Shown here: one piece after another, positions 57,837 to 64,000 of the stretch | How positions within the stretch are numbered: the first letter of the stretch is position 1 | Layout: the number at the start of each line of letters is the position of its first letter | Notes under the pieces: generated by a model | Seen by the model: only the letters and a program-made list of their open reading frames with translations | Told to the model about the DNA's origin: nothing | Database searches by the model: none | Position numbers and translations under genes: made by a program | Source: Cyanophora paradoxa CCMP329 | Taxonomy: Eukaryota; Plantae; Glaucophyta | Assembly (NCBI GenBank): GCA_004431415.1 | Contig: QPMI01000603.1 | Span: 210,159-274,158, forward strand | Direction: 5' to 3' | Length of the DNA: 64,000 bases

Positions 57837-59371
57837 CTATCGTATAAATGCGCCCGTCACATCGACTCTCATGGTCGGGGCATTTATATATACCAGCGGA
57901 TATATTCGTATATATCTTGTTCTCAGTGGGAAACCTATATAGAAAACATCGTTTATTGCAAGCGGAAAGCCCCCGTTATATGATACATCCCCAGAATTAT
58001 GTGCATTATTTATATTCTCACATACAAACATTCTATTCACACCTTCATACTTGATATATGACCATGAAACCCCATCTTGCGATGTTGCAACATTGAAAGT
58101 CTTAATAAACGCAGTTGTTATACCTGACCCATAAGCAATTATCGAAGCGATCTCATATGTATATGGGAATGCTATTTGCAGATATTCTGTTGGCGTTTCC
58201 CATACTCCGTTAATTGCGGATGCATTCGCTTCCCATCCAGTTAATGATGGGCGGGCTTTAAATGCCTCCTTTCCAAATTTCGCAGACGAAGCGGTAAACG
58301 CATTATCAGGTAGAAGATACCAATTAGCATCAATGGGAGGTATGTTATTAAGAGTGGATGATACATACGATCGGACAGGGTTCTTAATCTCATAGTTTGT
58401 TACCAGCAAATCACAGAGTCTATTAATCATATTGTCGTTTGCTTCTATATACGATTCGGTCGCAGCTATCATTTCAGGAATCTTAGAGGTATCATCAAGG
58501 GAGTTCAATATATCTTTCGGAAGCGGCACAGAGAGTCTATAATATCTTGCATATCCTTGGTCATCGTTATATGGTAGAAACTCATGCATCTTTTCAAGAG
58601 CAGACAGTTCACTTGCAGCCATAAGCATATTGATTAATGGACTTCCAGAGGTCGAAGCAATCCATGAGAGAATACCCCAGGTATTCACGTTCTCATAAGG
58701 ATAACCGACGGTTGATGCATCGGTTTCGTTAACCTCACCACAAGAGATGCTAATAACTATAATGTCGTCGTCGTTATCATATATCTTTTTCGCGTGACTG
58801 TAACCACAAACGCTTGGGTTATTGTTACCAGATATTGCACCATCAATTAGACACATGCCGTCGTAATCGACAGGAGCGAAATATGTAGGAGCGGCAGAAG
58901 TAGAACGTGCTGCAATCTTACTTGGTATGGTCTTGTAATCGTTGTCGTTTGCTATAAAAATGGGTTTCATGCTTACAGTGTCGAACGTCGTAATCACCAC
59001 GTCTTTCAGGAATCTTTTATGAGAGCTTCCCCAGTCACAGAGAGAATGGCGGTCTCTAATGGTGTTACGTCGTATTTCGTATTAAAAAGGGCATTCTCTA
59101 TGATGTTTCGTGGATTCGCAAAGATCAGAGGGAGATGATAGAGGTAAGTATCGTGAAGGTCGGTTGCAGTTAGTTTAGGTTCATTTGGAAATTCGGGGTT
59201 TTTCACATTGAGACCGATTGCAATAATACCGCCTGTGGATGTTCCACTTACGAGATCTACAAGATCGATCACGCGTTTACCGGTTCTTGTTTCGATCTCT
59301 TTTAGCAATCTTGTTATGATGATACCACGAGCGCCACCTCCGGACAAAGATAATACGACTTTTAGGGGCAT
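57837..59371 (-). CDS. Patatin-like phospholipase fused to an F5/8 type C (discoidin) domain, one frameshift near 59005
   Basis: LSLSGGGARG, GTSTG, STSAAPTYF, LIDGA. C-terminal EYLQIAF..FIKTFNVATSQDGVSW..RTRYIRIYP..MRVDVTG. Confidence 0.9.
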
Positions 59372-59419
59372 CTTTACTTATCTTAAATTTAATAAATCTG
59401 TATAAGTAGAGCAAGCAGG

Positions 59420-61025
59420 ATGAGTTTCAATTATCCAGCAAATTTACAGACAGTATCAGGTGGTGGTAAAGGGAACCCAAAACATGTGAACTTTGATAAT
59501 ATCACCATTAAAGGGTCGGCTTCTATTGATCAGAGCGCGGATAAACCCTCGAAAACTCATCCCGGGTTCATGCTTTATCGGTGAACCAAACGGATCCTGA
59601 TAAAGAAGATGTTAGCATTGCTTTCAGTTTGGGCAATGTTAAAAAAAACGCTGTTGCAGAGATCAAGGCAACCAGAAGGAGACCACGGAAACTTAAAACC
59701 AGTGGAACGCATCCCGATATTCCCACACGATTCGATAGCGGACGTTTGGTTTCAACGTCCAGGATGAGAAGGGAGTTCATCGTAGCGGTTTGAGAATTTA
59801 TAATGAAGGATCAAATACGATTGCACAAATTCCCCAGATTTTACAGGTAGCCCCACATGGCGAAGAGAATCAGATTCGCCACACCAACAGTATTTATCCG
59901 AAGGACATCGTCGAAAATGCAGAAACTAATGCACTGTTTGGTTTCACTCTTCCACAGGATACTTCCAAAGAAAAAGATTCAATCACGGTCGACAGTAGCC
60001 CCAGTCAACCAGTAGCCATTCATTTACACCCCGACCTTGTCGAAATGGATAGGCATTTACTACCTTTGAAAACAAATACCAAAGACCTTGGTATTAGAAC
60101 CCGACAGTGGCGAAATATTCACGGTAGCAACGTGTATGCAAACGGTGAGAAACTTGTAGCGAGAAAACTATCAGAGAAATATTCGAACATTACGGACCTG
60201 TTCCGGTTCCGTTTCCTCTACCATGGGATCCGCCAGATCTTACACCAAAGAAGCAACCAGGAAGAGAGTATACAGCAGAAGAGAACGTTGCATTTGGCAA
60301 CATATCGTGAGTTGGGAAAAAGTTCGAAAACAAACCAGTATTTACAGTGTATCAACCACCAACAGAAGAGCTTCTTGCACCAGATGTGAACGTTATACCT
60401 CTTGAAGATCGACGATTCGAAGAGATAATGAGTTACCTGATGGTTTCGATCCAAACCTTATAACATACGATCGCTACGAACCATATGATGAACAGCTTTT
60501 ACCTGATGGATTCGCACCCGATCTATTTGATTTCATTGTTGATTGGGAGGACATCCGAAATAAACCCCAAACATATCCACCTGATCCCCATGCTCACGAT
60601 TGGGACGAAATAGAGAACAAACCTGATAGATTCCCACCTGTGGATCATAGACACGATTGGGAGGATATCGATGGAATACCAGAAGAATTTCCACCAGAAG
60701 ACCATAGACACACTTGGATCAAATCGATGCACCAGAAGAGTTTCCACCAGCACCACATAGACACAATTGGAACCAAATCGACCAGCAACCTACATTCGCA
60801 TCAGCAGGTGATGCTGTCAATGATGGGCTACATGGTGTGAGTCTCTATAAGAATATAGACACAGAGGAAAGATTAATGTTAGATACGTATTACGTCAATC
60901 GTCACGGAATAAATGCAGGCACCACAATGGAAGGCGAATTATATATCAGACCACCTACACGAGTTAATTTAGTTGCAGCAGGTGGAGGTATTGGAGTAAT
61001 GCAGAATAAACCGGCATCTATCTAA
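59420..61025 (+). pseudogene. Fibre/spike-like protein with H-x-H-x-W repeats, heavily frameshifted
   Basis: LPLKTNTKDLG..QWRNIH and repeats HAHDWDEIENKPDRFPP / HRHDWEDIDGIPEEFPP / HRHNWNQIDQQP. Confidence 0.6.
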
Positions 61026-64000
61026 CAAGTTACTACCCAGATGACATCCCGATGACAGTTACATTACCACCTATCCCATCTCTTCCAGCCGATCCAATTA
61101 ATTTTGTAGACAAAGATGCAGCAATCCAAATTAACGTTACTGATGTAAGCGCTCTTGATGATCAAGACAAAGTTAATATTTAGTCGAGATCGGCTCTTAC
61201 CTGATGATTTAATTGGAGATCGAGACGATTATAAGCAATGTGAGATAGGGTGGATTAAAACCAATTATAATGATGTTGATAAGCAAGGGTCTTGGAAATC
61301 AATCAGAGAGCAGCAGCAAAAACATACACAACGAAACAATATCACGAGTGGTCACAGAGGATTATTTAGAAAACAAGAATTACATAGATGGAACCGAATT
61401 AGCTACGGCTTTGCTTCCTTTGGCGGCAGTTTCAACTGTCCAATCTTGGTTAGGTAAACTACCTTCCCTCACAGGTGGAACCATACAGGTAATCTGACAG
61501 TCAATGATACATTGAGTGTAGGTAAAGAGATCACCTAAGTGGAAATCAGTTCGAGAGAGGATCCCAAGATTTCTCTACATATATCAAGGGAAATAGCAGA
61601 TTGCCTACTTCACTTTAACGCAAACTCTGATAATTGGAAGAGTGGAGCGCTTGTTATGAACTCAAAAATTACGCAAGGGCGGCTCAGTTTGGAATTATAT
61701 AATGTAGTTAACACTCTTGTTAGTTACGGCAGTGTTACTTTCAGCTTCCTCGGTCCAAATAGTAAAAAGTTCTACCAGGTGGTACCACAAACACATTTTC
61801 ATTCATCAATTATCAATATCAAACTTCTACTCTTTATGATACTATTCCTTTCAGCGGAATTACGGTCTCATTTGTCATTCGATTTAAACCAAGCGTTCCA
61901 AATGAAACAGTTTTACGAATCGACGGCTCAACACATGTGAATGGAAACAATCTCAGTTGGTTGATTACTAAAACAAGCGGGTATTTGAATGTCAATAAGA
62001 ATGGCTACGATTAGTGAGCATTCCAATATCAACAACAGAAGGGAATTCTTGACAATGTTCGATATTCGAGTAACAAGCACAACTGTTCATTTTGGTGTAA
62101 ATGGAAAACATAGAGATACAATATCTGTTCCTGCCGATTCAAGATATCCACGCCAAGATGTCAATAAAATACATGTGGGTGATAGCGTTTCAAAATTCGA
62201 TTTATGCGAACTCCTTTGTTATGGTAGAACCCTTTCAGATACAGAACTACAAAATATTAGATGGTATTACAGCAAAAATACGGTTTCCGGAAGACCCTTT
62301 AAATCCATATCCATTGGATAACAACAAGATTCTGTTAGAACTAATGAGTTTAAGTAACCGGCACCCTCTTGCACGAACGTATTATGACTACATCAACCTC
62401 AGGCACAGTATCGACTATGAGCCTTCAGAAAAAACAATAGCTTGGAAGAGAGTATTTATTACACAACAAGAGGCAATTACAGCACTCCAAACTGAGGATG
62501 CCGCACTTGCAACAAGAATAAATAACATGAGAAGTGATTTATACTTCTTCTAATGTGGTTCAAGAATGACAGCACCTTTTAACAGGCATCGGAATGTAGT
62601 TCAAGAGTGGATAGCACCATTGACTGCATCGAATGTAGTTCAGGAATGGATTGGACCTTTAACAGCATCGAATGTGGTTCAAGAGTGGATTGCGCCATTA
62701 ACTGCATCGAATGTGTGTCAAGAGTGGATAGCACCTTTAACAGCATCCAATTGTGGTTCAGGAATGGTATCAGATTACTTACCTCTCACAGGAGGACACT
62801 GTCAAGAATCTTACCATCTCGGGTAATCTCAAAGTGTCAAAGCAACATGTCAATTAGAACTCATGGGACGGTTTTAGATGTGACTATGACACCCCTATTA
62901 TCCTATCACATCCAACACTGACCCTGCATTTACAATTCCGAATTGTCTTATAGCTGCAAAACCATCTGGCTTATGCCCATCTACAAAATGGGCATGGAAC
63001 AACGATCACCAACCGAGCAACATTGGCTGTTCCATTCATTCCACATTTTTTTATGACTGGTTCCTCACGGAATCATACTATAAAATAAATCCATTACTAA
63101 ATAACCAACTTACTTTGAAAGCATCTGACAACCCCAATTCATCCATTCATTGTTTTCAAACAGAAATGTACTGTGGATTGGAGTGAGGGATAACCAATAT
63201 TTAGTGTGTGTAGTGTGAGGTCACTTACATTGGTCCATGCAGTGTTTGGCGTGTTTAATTATAATGTGCATGAAGTAAGGTATGGCACACACATAGATTG
63301 GTTTGTGAAACCCACCTGTTTTGCAAATGGGGCATGAATAGATATGTCCTGTTGCTGATGGGGTTAACATGCAATATGGAACACCCAACATATAGTTAAT
63401 CTCCCAACTGTCTATATGCCTTATAGGAATATGCAAATTACAAATTTGCATACTGGGACACAACCATTACTTCAAACAGCATATCATATTCAATGAATGG
63501 GAAGCATTTAGGAACTGTTGCTGGTAACTGGCTTCCACCATCATCATTTAATAATTTAGGACCTGCAAATATTGGGGAGAGTTTGCAGAACTACTTGTTT
63601 TCAATAGAGCCTTGACCGAGATTGAGAAGCAACAGGTGAGGTATTATATTCAGCAGATGTATGGATTTCCTATAACTCAACCTCTTTACTATCCTGATAA
63701 TATGCGAATATCAGCCAAATTATCTCTATCTAAACAACTTACACATTGGTTCAAATGCTATCATTCCAAACTATACCACATCAAATGTGGTTCAAGGTTG
63801 GATACAGAACCACACACCTGCGTGGTCAAATATCACAGATAAACCATTAACTTTTGCTCATGAATGCTCATTTCACACAAAGTCAGAGATAACAGATTTC
63901 GCCCATTCTCATTTATGGCGGACATCACAGATAAACCGTTAACATTTGCGCCTGATACTCATTCTCACACAAAATCACAAATAACAGATTTCGCCCATTC
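61026..64000 (+). pseudogene. Fibre-like protein(s) with LPLTGG motifs, two LamG/ConA-like modules and HxHTKSQITDF repeats, fragmented
   Basis: YLPLTGG, CELLCYGRTLSDTELQNIRWY and ELLVFNRALTEIEKQQVRYY (LamG-like C-termini), plus KSEITDFAH / HSHTKSQITDFAH at the window end. Confidence 0.55.
62549..62770 (+). repeat. 39-bp coding tandem repeat x6 (SNVVQEWIAPLTA)
   Basis: Seen in ORF 62566..62826, with copies differing mostly at third codon positions. Confidence 0.9.

Larger units (their letters stand above)
41875..64000. mobile_element. Endogenous Polinton-like virus / Maverick-type element (left 22 kb; right end outside window)
   Basis: Abrupt switch to AT-rich, intronless, gene-dense DNA encoding pPolB, rve integrase, A32-like ATPase, DJR major capsid and two penton-like proteins. 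Confidence 0.93.

Noticed and set aside
43802-59371. Programmed frameshifting or wholesale pseudogenisation of viral core genes
   Set aside because: Breaks are scattered single-base indels across all elements, without consistent slippery sites and with motifs intact. Uncorrected long-read error is at least as likely, and this cannot be decided without reads.

Overview
Eukaryotic (protist/algal-type) genomic DNA in three blocks. (1) 1-11.65 kb is very GC-rich host DNA with five intron-dense genes: an ABCD transporter, a TPR-like protein, a START-domain protein, a degenerate nucleotide-kinase-like protein, and a GAF + cNMP-binding + RWP-RK transcription factor. Many introns there use GC donors. 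(2) 11.7-41.9 kb is a nest of retroelements. An intronless Gag-like zinc-knuckle ORF is split by a minus-strand tyrosine-recombinase (PAT/Ngaro-type, split-direct-repeat) retrotransposon, and a second, plus-strand element of the same type sits inside it. Both carry sense-strand spliceosomal introns in ORF1 and structured terminal repeats. Next comes the 3' half of a LINE with RNase H and two Ulp1-like protease domains. (3) From 41,875 to the window end is an AT-rich endogenous Polinton-like virus inserted in that LINE. It has a terminal hairpin, subterminal repeats, three iteron-palindrome (ori-like) modules, two minor capsid genes, MCP, packaging ATPase, PrimPol-D5 helicase, a protein-primed PolB with an apparently dead proofreading domain, rve integrase, a patatin-discoidin fusion and fibre-like genes. 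Many single-base frameshifts occur in all mobile elements and may be long-read errors. All domain calls come from motif recognition by eye, not database searches.
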